NCBI GenBank assembly: GCA_049967475.1
Contig: JBMFSQ010000039.1
Location: 1 to 21,153, forward strand
DNA length: 21,153 bases
From: Chthonomonadales bacterium
Lineage (GTDB): Bacteria; Armatimonadota; Chthonomonadetes; Chthonomonadales; CAJBBX01
Reading direction: 5' to 3'
Of the stretch, positions 8,153 through 16,947 are shown in pieces. Below the pieces are notes generated by a model that saw nothing but the letters and a program-made list of their open reading frames with translations, searched no databases and was not told the origin of the DNA. Each line of letters starts with the position of its first letter. The first letter of the stretch is position 1. The position numbers and the translations under genes were made by a program.

Positions 8153-9229
8153 CTAAAGCAGAATGTTGAAGAGGTAACCGACTACCATGATACCAACCGT
8201 AACGACGCCGGCGAAAACGGCGATAAGCTGCGGCTTGAGCACTTTGCGCAAGATGAGCATTTCGGGAGGTGAGATCGCAATAACGGCCATAATGAACGCC
8301 AGAGAAGTACCCAAGGCAGCACCCTTCTCGAGTAGGGCGCTCAAGATCGGGATTACGCCTGCGGCGTTGGAGTAAAGGGGGATCCCCAACAGCACGGCTA
8401 GGGGCACAGACCACCACGCCGCCTTGCCGAGCATCGCCGCGAGCGTACCCATGGGCACGTATCCGTGGATGCCCGCGCCTACCGCAATGCCCGCAAGAAC
8501 ATAGAGCCAAACCCGCCCAACAATCTCACGGACTGCATGCCGGCCGGCAACCACACGTTCCGTAAACGTCATTCCGGAACTGAGCGGCAAATCTGTTCCG
8601 CGGCGCAACTCGAGCACCCACGGCTCCAGATAGCGTTCCATCCGCAGCCGCCCGATGATCCAGCCCGACACCATCGCAACGCCCAGCCCAGTAGCCACAT
8701 ACAGACCCGCGACGCGTACCCCAAACATCCCCAAGAGCAGCACGAGCGCCACTTCGTTGATCATCGGGGAAGCGATGAGGAATGAAAAGGTAACACCCAA
8801 AGGGACGCCGCTCTCCACAAACCCCAGAAACATCGGCACGGCAGAACAGGAACAGAAGGGCGTGATGATCCCCAGGAGCCCGGCCAGCAGGATGCCCGCC
8901 GCTTCTTTCCGGCCGGCCAGAGAGGCGCGCGCCCGCTCGGGGGTGATGTAGGTCCGGAGCATCCCTACCCCGAAGACCACCAGCACGAGCAGCATCAGAA
9001 CCTTGGGCGCCTCGAACGTGAAGAACTCGACCGCGGAGGCGAGATGACCTCCCCGCGGCAGCCGCGCAACCGAGTACGTTATCCAATCGGCCAGGGTGAG
9101 CAGGCGGGAATAGAGGGACCACCATACGCCTACGCCGAGCCCAATCAGCAGGGGTGCCCACCTGCCTACATCGAACCCCGACGAGACGCCGACGACCGGC
9201 CTATCCTCTTCATTTCGCACGCCGTCCAT
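8153..9229 (-). CDS. ArsP/DUF318-family permease
   Basis: TPFCSCSAVP, FLIASPMINE, AGIHGYVP, GIPLYSNAAG, SPPEM; start placed at ATG 9229 after GGAG. Confidence 0.9.
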   Translation of the reverse strand: MDGVRNEEDRPVVGVSSGFDVGRWAPLLIGLGVGVWWSLYSRLLTLADWITYSVARLPRGGHLASAVEFFTFEAPKVLMLLVLVVFGVGMLRTYITPERARASLAGRKEAAGILLAGLLGIITPFCSCSAVPMFLGFVESGVPLGVTFSFLIASPMINEVALVLLLGMFGVRVAGLYVATGLGVAMVSGWIIGRLRMERYLEPWVLELRRGTDLPLSSGMTFTERVVAGRHAVREIVGRVWLYVLAGIAVGAGIHGYVPMGTLAAMLGKAAWWSVPLAVLLGIPLYSNAAGVIPILSALLEKGAALGTSLAFIMAVIAISPPEMLILRKVLKPQLIAVFAGVVTVGIMVVGYLFNILL

Positions 9230-9256
9230 ACGCTCCGCTTCGGCACAAAATTGGCA

Positions 9257-9279
9257 ATTTGGCCATGCTGCCAACCATT
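9257..9279. promoter_or_regulatory. Putative ArsR operator upstream of the permease (ATTTGG-N7-GCCAACCATT)
   Basis: Reverse complement matches 9693-9715 at 16/23 positions, with all mismatches in the 7-bp spacer; contains palindrome TTGGC-N6-GCCAA. Confidence 0.6.
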
Positions 9280-9346
9280 CAACGCAAAACAACTCCATGC
9301 CGCGGGCCCGCCGTGGCTGTCGGCTTTATCCCGCGCTGACGGGTCC

Positions 9347-9676
9347 CTAGAGTGGGCACGCATCCTTCGTCGCATCGGGACGGAGAGCGCTATACCGCGC
9401 TTCCATCACCGCATCCACGCACCCGAAGAATTGCAGGATGCACGGCACGGCCAGCCGATAAAAAACCTGGAGGCCTGCCTTGCGGGACCGAACAATCCCT
9501 GCTGCCCGCATGAGTGCCAGATGCTTGGATACTGTGGACATGTCGGACCCCACCAGCCGTTGGAGGTCGCACACGCACTTCTCGCCATCGGCAAGAGCAT
9601 CTACAATCATGAGGCGGCTGGGATGGGCCAGCGCCTTGATGATCTCCGCCCTAATTTCGTACCGTTCCGCATCCAT
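9347..9676 (-). CDS. arsR: ArsR/SmtB-family repressor with CVC motif
   Basis: KALAHPSRLMI, EKCVCDL, STVSKHL..MRAAGIV, plus PCILQFFGC; ATG 9676 after GGGAG. Confidence 0.9.
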   Translation of the reverse strand: MDAERYEIRAEIIKALAHPSRLMIVDALADGEKCVCDLQRLVGSDMSTVSKHLALMRAAGIVRSRKAGLQVFYRLAVPCILQFFGCVDAVMEARYSALRPDATKDACPL

Positions 9677-9692
9677 GAAGCGCTCCCTGCCT

Positions 9693-9715
9693 AATGGTTG
9701 GCTATTATACCAAAT
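9693..9715 (-). promoter_or_regulatory. Extended -10 (TGGTATAAT, 9704-9712) embedded in a putative ArsR operator
   Basis: AATGGTTGGC-TATTATA-CCAAAT; the -10 hexamer forms the spacer of the TTGG-N8-CCAA palindrome. Confidence 0.65.
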
Positions 9716-9748
9716 CTGCGCTGCAGAACGCAACCCTCGCCCCGTGTC

Positions 9749-9955
9749 CTAGCGACGCTGCACGAGCAGCACCCAGTCGCGTGTGTCCGGCGCAACAAGC
9801 GTGGAACGCGCTCCACCTAAAGTCCTGCCGCCCTCGCGGAGACTGCCCTTCCTCGGATCGAACCACCAGATCCGCAAGACGCCGCGCATCCTCGATAGAC
9901 GCAGGGTCACACTGTCGCCCTGCGGCAGGTAGGTCTGCAGGCTGCAAAGCCTCAT
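9749..9955 (-). pseudogene. Orphan C-terminal 'putative collagen-binding' domain of DUF4038/apiosidase-like proteins (gene remnant)
   Basis: YLPQGDSVTLRL...WWFDPRKG...APDTRDWVLLV matches that domain's WFDP..G/DWVL signature; no catalytic domain upstream. Confidence 0.55.
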
Positions 9956-10222
9956 GTGCCTGCGTCGCTGCCGGAACCGGAGAACGGCTTCCAGGCCGCC
10001 GGCGGAGCCGGGGTCTGCCGGCAAAATGACCAAACGGATGGGCGCGCCCGGCATTGCCCGGGCCGGCACAAATAGGCTCCGGCGCCCCATCACCCGCGGC
10101 ATGACGGCGGCATATCCTGCCCCAGCTTTCCGACCACTGCCGACTGCCCACATCTCTCACCGGCCTGCAACGGGTATCATCGCATTGAACGCGTATCGTT
10201 GCATTGGAAGAAGGGCTAGTCA

Positions 10223-11509
10223 ATGGAACGCATGAGTGGAACCGCGCTGCTCAACCAGGCACCCAAGCCCACCCGCACGCACTACGTGATTCTCGCCATG
10301 GCGTGGGCGGGGTGGGTCTTTGACTTCTACGATTTGATGCTCCTCTCGTCGCTTCTTGTGGCGATCAAGAAGAACCTTGGCTTCGCAGATTGGGAGCTCT
10401 CCCTCATCCTTGGCGCGACACTCGCATCTACCGCCATCGGTGGGATCCTCTTCGGCGCCCTGGCCGACCGCTTCGGACGCAAGCCCGTCCTGGCTTGGAC
10501 GATGCTCGTTTACTCCTTTGGAACGCTGCTCTGCGGAGCTTCTTCCAACATTTGGCTCTTTTTGGTTTTCCGCGTCGTCACCGGTCTTGGAGTAGGCGGG
10601 GAATGGGCCACAGGGCAGACGCTCATCGGCGAGACCTTTCCGGCTCACGTGCGGGCCCGGTTTGCGGCGGCTATGCAAACCGGTGCGCCCGTCGGCATCC
10701 TACTTGCTTCGCTCGTAGGTTCCTTCCTGGAACCCCTTCTTGCCCGCATCCTCGGTCCTTCCTGGGGATGGCGTGCATGCTTCTTCGTGAGCGTGCTTCC
10801 GGCCCTTCTCGTGGTGCTGATCCGCCGGCACATGCCGGAATCCGACGTTTGGGAACGCCGCACAGCATCTCGTGGCCGGGGCGCTCTACTTCCCACGCTC
10901 GCCGCGGACCCCCGCCTGCGGCGCTTGTTCCTCGTAGGACTGGTGCTGGCAATCGCCAACATGTCTGCCTATTGGTTCACGTACACATGGCTCCCCAAGT
11001 ACTTGTATGACCGCCTGGGCTTTTCCATGGCGAAATCCGGTCTTGCCATGGTAGCCACCCAAATCGCTGGGATTGCGGGGTATCTCACCTACGGTATGGC
11101 GGCGGATCGCAGCGGCCGGCGCATCGCCTACACGGTGTACTCGGCCATTTGGGCGCTGGGGCTGTTGGGCATCACCCTGTTCTGGAGCCAACTCGAGGTT
11201 TGGCCGGCCCTCCATCTGGTATTCATGGCGCTGGTAGGCTTCGGCACCGGCAACTTTTCGGGTTTCGGGCCCATCTTTTCGGAGCTTTTCCCCACACCCA
11301 TCCGAAGTTCAGCTATGGGCACAGCCTTCAATCTTGCCCGCGGTGTGCAGTTCCTAACGCCCCTCATGATCACCTGGATCAGCTCTCAATCCTGGGCAGC
11401 CTCTACAGGCTTGGGTGCCGGAATAGCTGTCGGCGCGCTGTTCGCCGCCTTCACCGGCGCCTGGGTCTGGATGTTGCCGGAAACGAAAGGGACCATCATT
11501 GCAGAATAA
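10223..11509 (+). CDS. MFS transporter (sialate/aromatic acid:H+ symporter-like)
   Basis: WVFDFYD, motif A GALADRFGRK, GLGVGGEW, ETFP..R, PES, SELFPT..R, PETKG. Confidence 0.92.
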   Translation: MERMSGTALLNQAPKPTRTHYVILAMAWAGWVFDFYDLMLLSSLLVAIKKNLGFADWELSLILGATLASTAIGGILFGALADRFGRKPVLAWTMLVYSFGTLLCGASSNIWLFLVFRVVTGLGVGGEWATGQTLIGETFPAHVRARFAAAMQTGAPVGILLASLVGSFLEPLLARILGPSWGWRACFFVSVLPALLVVLIRRHMPESDVWERRTASRGRGALLPTLAADPRLRRLFLVGLVLAIANMSAYWFTYTWLPKYLYDRLGFSMAKSGLAMVATQIAGIAGYLTYGMAADRSGRRIAYTVYSAIWALGLLGITLFWSQLEVWPALHLVFMALVGFGTGNFSGFGPIFSELFPTPIRSSAMGTAFNLARGVQFLTPLMITWISSQSWAASTGLGAGIAVGALFAAFTGAWVWMLPETKGTIIAE

Positions 11510-13073
11510 CGGCCAGTCACCTCGGATATTCCCAACCAGGCGCAATATCCTCCTCGGCTTCCCCGCGGCACTGCCCGCACTCTTGCTGGGAATGCATGAC
11601 GCCACCCCAGTGAACAGCCCAAAAGCCGAGGCTTCAGCCGTGCCGCCTATACCTCGAGAATTCCGCGGCGCTTGGATCGCCACCGTCAACAATATAGACT
11701 GGCCGTCCAAACCCGGGCTGCCGGTCGAAACGCAGAAATCGGAACTTCTGGCCATTCTGGATCGGGCTGCCGCTCTACACCTGAACGCCGTCATTTTGCA
11801 GGTTCGGCCGGCCTGTGATGCTCTGTACGCCTCGCGCTATGAGCCCTGGTCCGAATACCTCACAGGCGCAATGGGCAAAGCGCCCGAACCGCTCTATGAC
11901 CCGCTCGAGTTCGCTGTATCCGAGGCCCATCGGCGCGGTCTCGAGTTGCATGCGTGGTTCAACCCGTACCGGGCGCGGCACCCCAGCGCCAAATCCCCCA
12001 TCACCCAGGATCACGTCAGCAAAAGGTACCCAGCCATCTGCAAGCAGTATGGGAGGTATCTGTGGCTCGATCCGGGAGAAGACCTAACCAAACGCCACGT
12101 TCTCAACGTAATCCTGGACGTTGTGACCCGCTACGATGTGGACGGGGTCCATCTGGACGACTACTTCTACCCCTACAAGGAAAAGGATGCCGAGGGACGG
12201 GACCTAGACTTCCCCGATGAACCCAGCTACCGCAAATACCAGCAGACCGGCGGCAAGCTCAGCCGGGACGATTGGCGCCGCCAGAACGTAGACGCCTTTA
12301 TCGAAACACTCTACGGGGCCGTGAAGAAGCGCAAGCCGTGGGTGAAAGTAGGCATCAGCCCCTTCGGCATCTGGCGCCCCGGGTATCCCCCCCAGATCCA
12401 AGGCTTCGACGCCTATTCCCAGCTTTATGCGGACTCACGAAAATGGCTCCAGAAGGGCTGGCTCGATTATCTGGCTCCCCAACTCTACTGGCCGATCGCA
12501 CGCAAGGCTCAAAGCTTCCAAGCGCTGCTCCTGTGGTGGATCCAGAACAACGTCCTCCGCCGCCATCTTTGGCCGGGGCTCTACACGTCCATGGTAGACG
12601 GAGATGCGGGGAAAGCTTGGCCAGTGGACGAGATTCTGAACCAGGTGCGCCTCACGCGCCAAGAGGCGGGTTCCGGCGGGGCGATCCACTTCAGCATGAA
12701 GGCTCTCATGCCTGGCCATCCGGCGGGCGAGGCCTTGCGCACAGGCCCCTATGCCCAGCCGGCTCTGGTGCCCGAATGTTCCTGGCTAAGCCGGCATGCA
12801 CCAAGCCCGCCACGCATATCCGTCAAATTGGAGCGCGCGCGGAAGGAACTCATCGTGGAATTGCTCCCCGGGCGCCGCAAGGACGTGCGCCTCTGGCTCA
12901 TCCAGGTGCGCTCCGCAGGGCGCTGGGACACGACCATCTGGCCCGGAGAAGAACGGCGGGTGACCCTGCGCGCATCCTCCAATCTCGGCCCAGGCGACTG
13001 CGTGGCGGTATCCTGGATAGACCGGTTCGGCACGCAGAGCAAGCCGTCCGTGCACCTCCCGGGCAGACATTAG
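11499..13073 (+). CDS. Glycosyl hydrolase-like 10 (GHL10; YddW/DigH-like) with Tat-type signal
   Basis: EFRGAWIATVNNIDWPS, QVRP..DALY, HAWFNPYR, DGVHLDDYFYP, GISPFGIW, PQLYW; N-terminal TRRNILL; TTG start overlapping the MFS end. Confidence 0.9.
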   Translation: MQNNGQSPRIFPTRRNILLGFPAALPALLLGMHDATPVNSPKAEASAVPPIPREFRGAWIATVNNIDWPSKPGLPVETQKSELLAILDRAAALHLNAVILQVRPACDALYASRYEPWSEYLTGAMGKAPEPLYDPLEFAVSEAHRRGLELHAWFNPYRARHPSAKSPITQDHVSKRYPAICKQYGRYLWLDPGEDLTKRHVLNVILDVVTRYDVDGVHLDDYFYPYKEKDAEGRDLDFPDEPSYRKYQQTGGKLSRDDWRRQNVDAFIETLYGAVKKRKPWVKVGISPFGIWRPGYPPQIQGFDAYSQLYADSRKWLQKGWLDYLAPQLYWPIARKAQSFQALLLWWIQNNVLRRHLWPGLYTSMVDGDAGKAWPVDEILNQVRLTRQEAGSGGAIHFSMKALMPGHPAGEALRTGPYAQPALVPECSWLSRHAPSPPRISVKLERARKELIVELLPGRRKDVRLWLIQVRSAGRWDTTIWPGEERRVTLRASSNLGPGDCVAVSWIDRFGTQSKPSVHLPGRH

Positions 13074-13096
13074 AACGGCGACGCCGCGGAACGCGG

Positions 13097-13102
13097 TATA
13101 AT
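13097..13102 (+). promoter_or_regulatory. -10 element TATAAT upstream of the icd leader
   Basis: Consensus hexamer preceded by GG, as at other promoters in the window; no good -35 seen. Confidence 0.5.
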
Positions 13103-13117
13103 GGGCCCGAAGGATCG

Positions 13118-13366
13118 AGTTCTGTTCCCGGTGAGCAGCAGATCCGTGCGCGATTGCCGGATGGTGCCCCCCGCATTTGGGCGAAGAGTGCGCTCCCTGG
13201 CGTCCGTATCATCGTGGCCATGCACCAGGGTGCGCCGAACTCAACCGGCGAGAACGTACCCTGCATCCCCAAGAAGCTGCGCTCATGTTGCGTCTGGAGC
13301 GAGGGAACCCGGACTGCCACCCGGAATGGAATTCCCTCCGGTGCAATTCCCGTGCGAAAGGAGCAC
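13118..13366 (+). ncRNA. Putative structured RNA / 5' leader of icd (unassigned family)
   Basis: Nested complementary segments GTTCCC/GGGAAC, TGAGCAGC/GCTGCGCTCA, GCCGG/CCGGC, GAGT/ACTC, GCGCTCCCTGG/CCAGGGTGCGC. Confidence 0.35.
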
Positions 13367-13373
13367 AACCAAC

Positions 13374-14447
13374 GTGGCACATAACGTTACTTTGATCCGG
13401 GGCGACGGCACCGGACCTGAGCTTGTCGCTGCCGCCAAGCGCGTGTTGGAAGCTACCGGCGTGCAGTTCAACTGGGATATCCAGGACGCAGGAGTAGACA
13501 TCATGGAAACGACGGGCACCCCGCTGCCGCCCGCCGTCCTGGAGTCTATCCGCAGGAACAAGGTTGCCCTCAAGGGCCCCATCACCACGCCTATCGGTAC
13601 CGGCTTCCGCTCCGTAAACGTCGCTTTGCGCAAGGAGCTGGATCTTTACGCGTGCCTGAGACCTTGCAAGTACTATCCGGGCATCCGATCCAAATACACC
13701 GATGTGGACCTCGTGGTGGTCCGCGAGAATACGGAAGACCTTTACGCCGGCGTAGAATTCGACCAACACACCCCGGAAGCAAAGCAGATCATCGGGATGT
13801 CCGGCGGCCGCATCCGGGAAGACGCGGCCATCTCCATCAAGCCGATCTCCACAACCGGCACCCGGCAGATAGCGCGCTTCGCCTTCGATTATGCGGTGAA
13901 AAACGGCCGCAGGAAAGTGACTGCAATAGCCAAGGCAAACATCATGAAGTTCACCGATGGCCTCTTCTTCCGAACGTGCGCCGAGGTGGCTAAGGAATAT
14001 CCTCAGATTGAGTACCAGGAGATGTTGGTGGACAATATGTGCATGCAGCTTGTGCAGAAGCCCGAGCTGTACGACGTGTTGCTTCTGCCCAACCTCTACG
14101 GCGACATCCTTTCGGATTTGTGCGCCGGGCTGGTGGGCGGTCTGGGAGTAGCACCCGGCGCCAACATCGGCCGGGATGCGGCGGTGTTTGAGCCCACCCA
14201 CGGCTCTGCGCCCAAGTATAAAGGCCTCAACAAGGTGAACCCTACAGCGCTCATCCTGTCCGGCATGCTTATGCTCCGGCATCTTGGCGAGAACGATGCA
14301 GCCGACCGCCTGGAGCGCGCCGTAGCAGCGGTGATTGCCGAGGGCAAATCGGTTACCTACGACATGAAGCCCGACCGCAACGACCCTACCGCCGTCGGCA
14401 CTTCCGAGATGGCCGACGCCATCATCGAGAAGTTGCAGCAGGTGTAG
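13374..14447 (+). CDS. icd: Isocitrate dehydrogenase, probably NADP-preferring
   Basis: [21 protein letters not shown] (isocitrate-type), [29 protein letters not shown] (K/Y NADP determinants); GTG 13374 after AAGGAG. Confidence 0.88.
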   Translation: MAHNVTLIRGDGTGPELVAAAKRVLEATGVQFNWDIQDAGVDIMETTGTPLPPAVLESIRRNKVALKGPITTPIGTGFRSVNVALRKELDLYACLRPCKYYPGIRSKYTDVDLVVVRENTEDLYAGVEFDQHTPEAKQIIGMSGGRIREDAAISIKPISTTGTRQIARFAFDYAVKNGRRKVTAIAKANIMKFTDGLFFRTCAEVAKEYPQIEYQEMLVDNMCMQLVQKPELYDVLLLPNLYGDILSDLCAGLVGGLGVAPGANIGRDAAVFEPTHGSAPKYKGLNKVNPTALILSGMLMLRHLGENDAADRLERAVAAVIAEGKSVTYDMKPDRNDPTAVGTSEMADAIIEKLQQV

Positions 14448-14463
14448 GGTTTTTTGTGCCAAC

Positions 14464-14490
14464 GGACGGGGGGCACCAAGCTCCCCGTCC
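14464..14490. terminator. GC-rich hairpin downstream of icd
   Basis: GGACGGGGGGC-ACCAA-GCTCCCCGTCC; no U-tract follows, so it may be a stabilising or pausing stem instead. Confidence 0.35.
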
Positions 14491-14722
14491 CCATGCTAGG
14501 GCCTTCCACTTCCGACACGACTGCACCGCACCTGCAAGCGTTACGGGTAAAGGCCACCGGCAGCGCGACCCATAATAGAACCGGATGGCGCCCGCCACCA
14601 GGGTGCATAGCTTCGGAAAAGGCTTTGGCGCTCGCGCAGGCGAACCGAATCAAGGTGGCGCGGTTGTACAGATGGCGCCATGGATTGGGCTCGAGGCCCG
14701 GGAAGGAGGCGCAGTCAGCGTA

Positions 14723-15010
14723 ATGAGTTGGTACCCACACCTCACCGGCGAAGGGCTCTTCCGCTCCGTTCGCCACCTGACGGACACCGTAGCCGATTAC
14801 TTCGTCAACGAGGGCGCGGGGACACCCCGCCAGGTATACCGGTGGTTCCAAAGCCTTGCCATGGCTGAGGGAAAAGCTTTGAATACCACCCTTCCCGATG
14901 TGGCGGCGGTCTGCAAACTCCTCGCCACAGAATTCAGCCTCGAGGAGCAACCCCTCTTGGTGGAAACCGAACCGGGCCTCTTTGCCCTGCAGAACGTCAA
15001 CGCATGGTGA
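14723..15010 (+). CDS. Hypothetical protein (95 aa)
   Basis: AAGGAGG upstream of ATG 14723, protein-like composition, fills the gap convergent with the PilZ gene. Confidence 0.6.
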   Translation: MSWYPHLTGEGLFRSVRHLTDTVADYFVNEGAGTPRQVYRWFQSLAMAEGKALNTTLPDVAAVCKLLATEFSLEEQPLLVETEPGLFALQNVNAW

Positions 15011-15055
15011 AACTGCCCATCGCGAGGCAGGCCCAACCACACTCCTGAGCTGCAG

Positions 15056-15739
15056 CTAATTTGCCCCGTTCCGACCCGCGCTGCCCTCCACAACCTCCAG
15101 TACGCGCAGCTCTTCTTCCGCTGTGAGGTGAAGGAATTGAACTCCGGCCACCGTACATCCATCACCATCGAGATGAGCATGGGCCACACGCCCTTTCGCC
15201 CGAAGCCAAAACTGCTGAGGCGCGAGTGCAGTCCCTTGCCGGCCTGGCGTTCCAACTGCGGGAGCAGGAAGAGGCACGCGCACTTCCACCATCATGCCAC
15301 GCGCCAGCGGCTGGCGGCACCGCACCTTAGCGCCGCCCAAACCGATGTCAACAGCCACGCCGGCGAACCAAGCTCCCGCCAGCCCTGAAGTCCGCAAAAC
15401 CCGAACGGACACGGCCTCATGGTAGGGCACGCGAGGGATGGCACGGCGCTGAATGGCCTGAATGGCCCCCGTAATGTTCAACGCAAGGCGCTCGGGCTGA
15501 GCCTCCGCAACCGTTGCCGGAGCCAGATAGATGACGGTCTCGGTGGGGATCACGAGGGAAGCGCGGCCCCCCGTATGCCGTGCCTCGCGCGGTATTTCGC
15601 GGCCGAAAGCCACGCGGACCGAGTTATGATCCGCAGCCTCCAGCGTTCCCATCAGGTGGAGCGGCGGATCCTGCAATCGAACCTCGGCTAATCGCGCTGA
15701 TAGTTCCATCCTTTGGCCCTCACAATCGCCGTTCTCCAT
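15056..15739 (-). CDS. PilZ-domain c-di-GMP receptor (YcgR/flagellar-brake-like architecture)
   Basis: QRRAIPR (RxxxR) and DIGLGG (DxSxxG variant), C-terminal GRVAH...GVQF; start uncertain (15739 or 15709). Confidence 0.8.
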   Translation of the reverse strand: MENGDCEGQRMELSARLAEVRLQDPPLHLMGTLEAADHNSVRVAFGREIPREARHTGGRASLVIPTETVIYLAPATVAEAQPERLALNITGAIQAIQRRAIPRVPYHEAVSVRVLRTSGLAGAWFAGVAVDIGLGGAKVRCRQPLARGMMVEVRVPLPAPAVGTPGRQGTALAPQQFWLRAKGRVAHAHLDGDGCTVAGVQFLHLTAEEELRVLEVVEGSAGRNGAN

Positions 15740-15984
15740 TATCCTGCGCCGGTGCATCCGACACGCGCCCATTACGTTTGCCGAAGGCTCTAACACCAGG
15801 GGCCGCGCTTCACCGTTTCGCCAAACCGCTTTACCCGGATGCCCGCAGGGCACTACGTTCAACGGCTCGACAGGCAAACCCGGCAGCAAACGCAGCGCAC
15901 CGGAACGCCGTCAACAATAAACGAACCTTCCGGATGCCCCTATGCCATTATCGGATCAGAGGCTGCATTGCACAACACTTTTAA

Positions 15985-16947
15985 CTAAATCGCATCACCT
16001 TCTGTGACGAGGGCGATGGCGGCCAGATCCTGAGCCTTGTCGCCCAGCGCCGCCGGCACCACCGCGCACACCTGGGCGCTGCGCTTCCAAGCATACTCCC
16101 CCAACGCCCGTCGAATAGGCTCCAATACCAAATCGCCTGCATGGACCGCAATCGTTCCAAGCACCACCCGCTCAGGATTGAGGATCTGCACGATATTGGC
16201 GATGCCGATGCCCATGTAGGTGCCGGCCTCTTCTAGGATGCGTGTCGAAAAGGCATCACCCTGCTGGGCCGCTTCAACCACGTGCTTGGCGGTGATATTC
16301 TTGGGCTGACCCCCCGCCAATTCTACCAGCCGGCGACCCCGGCCGTAATGGAGGCTCTCCCGGGCAAGGCGCGCGATGGCGGGCCCGGAGGCCAGTGCTT
16401 CGAGGCATCCACGCTTCCCACATTTACACAGCGGGCCATTGATCAGGATCGTCTGATGGCCTACCTCGCCGGCCAGATCGTTCGTGCCCCGATAAAGGCG
16501 GCCATCCAAAACGAGCCCGCCGCCGATGCCCGTGCCCATCGTCATGAATACCATGTTGCGGGTGCCCGCTCCCGCACCCCACCTCCATTCCGCAAGGGCC
16601 GTAGCGTTTGCATCATTATCGAGAACTACCCGAACTCCCGGGAACCCCTCCTCGAAGATGCTCCGCACCGGTACCGCATCCCAGCCCGGCAAATTTGGAG
16701 GGTTCCACACGAGCCCCGTCTTCGTGTCCAACGGTCCCCCGCACGATATGCCGATCCCCTCCAGCGCCCCCTCCCCGATGCCGTTGGAAGTCAGCAAGCT
16801 GCGGGCCAGTTCCTTCAGGCGGCCTAGAATGGCCTGGGGACCCTCCTCGGCGTAGGTCGGCATCTCCATGCGATCCGTGATGACGCCTTCAGCGGTTCCT
16901 AGCGCTACGGCGCACTTGGTCCCCCCAATGTCTATTCCAAGGATCAA
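15985..16947 (-). CDS. ROK-family sugar kinase (glucokinase-like)
   Basis: GIDIGGTK, DNDANATALAE, GTGIGGG, GEVGH, CKCGKRGCLE; no HTH; TTG start after GGAGG. Confidence 0.92.
   Translation of the reverse strand: MILGIDIGGTKCAVALGTAEGVITDRMEMPTYAEEGPQAILGRLKELARSLLTSNGIGEGALEGIGISCGGPLDTKTGLVWNPPNLPGWDAVPVRSIFEEGFPGVRVVLDNDANATALAEWRWGAGAGTRNMVFMTMGTGIGGGLVLDGRLYRGTNDLAGEVGHQTILINGPLCKCGKRGCLEALASGPAIARLARESLHYGRGRRLVELAGGQPKNITAKHVVEAAQQGDAFSTRILEEAGTYMGIGIANIVQILNPERVVLGTIAVHAGDLVLEPIRRALGEYAWKRSAQVCAVVPAALGDKAQDLAAIALVTEGDAI

Noticed and set aside
9257..9715. Invertible element flipping arsR
   Set aside because: Spacers differ completely and no recombinase is present; operator explanation is simpler
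13103..13363. tmRNA-like start (GGGCCCGAAGGATCGA), cobalamin-like pieces (GAGGGAA, GGTGCAATTCC) and a Moco-like end (TCCCGT..GAAAGGAG)
   Set aside because: Only fragments: no acceptor stem or CCA, no B12 box, element order wrong; no family assigned
13101..13373. 91-aa N-terminal extension of IDH given by the ORF track
   Set aside because: The ATG lies inside the TATAAT box; homology and a strong SD point to GTG 13374
13209..14462. 417-aa antisense ORF
   Set aside because: Mirror frame of icd
15946..15975. Sigma28 promoter for the PilZ gene (TCCGATAA)
   Set aside because: No TAAA at correct spacing; fits a weak sigma70 TTGTGC-N17-GATAAT equally well
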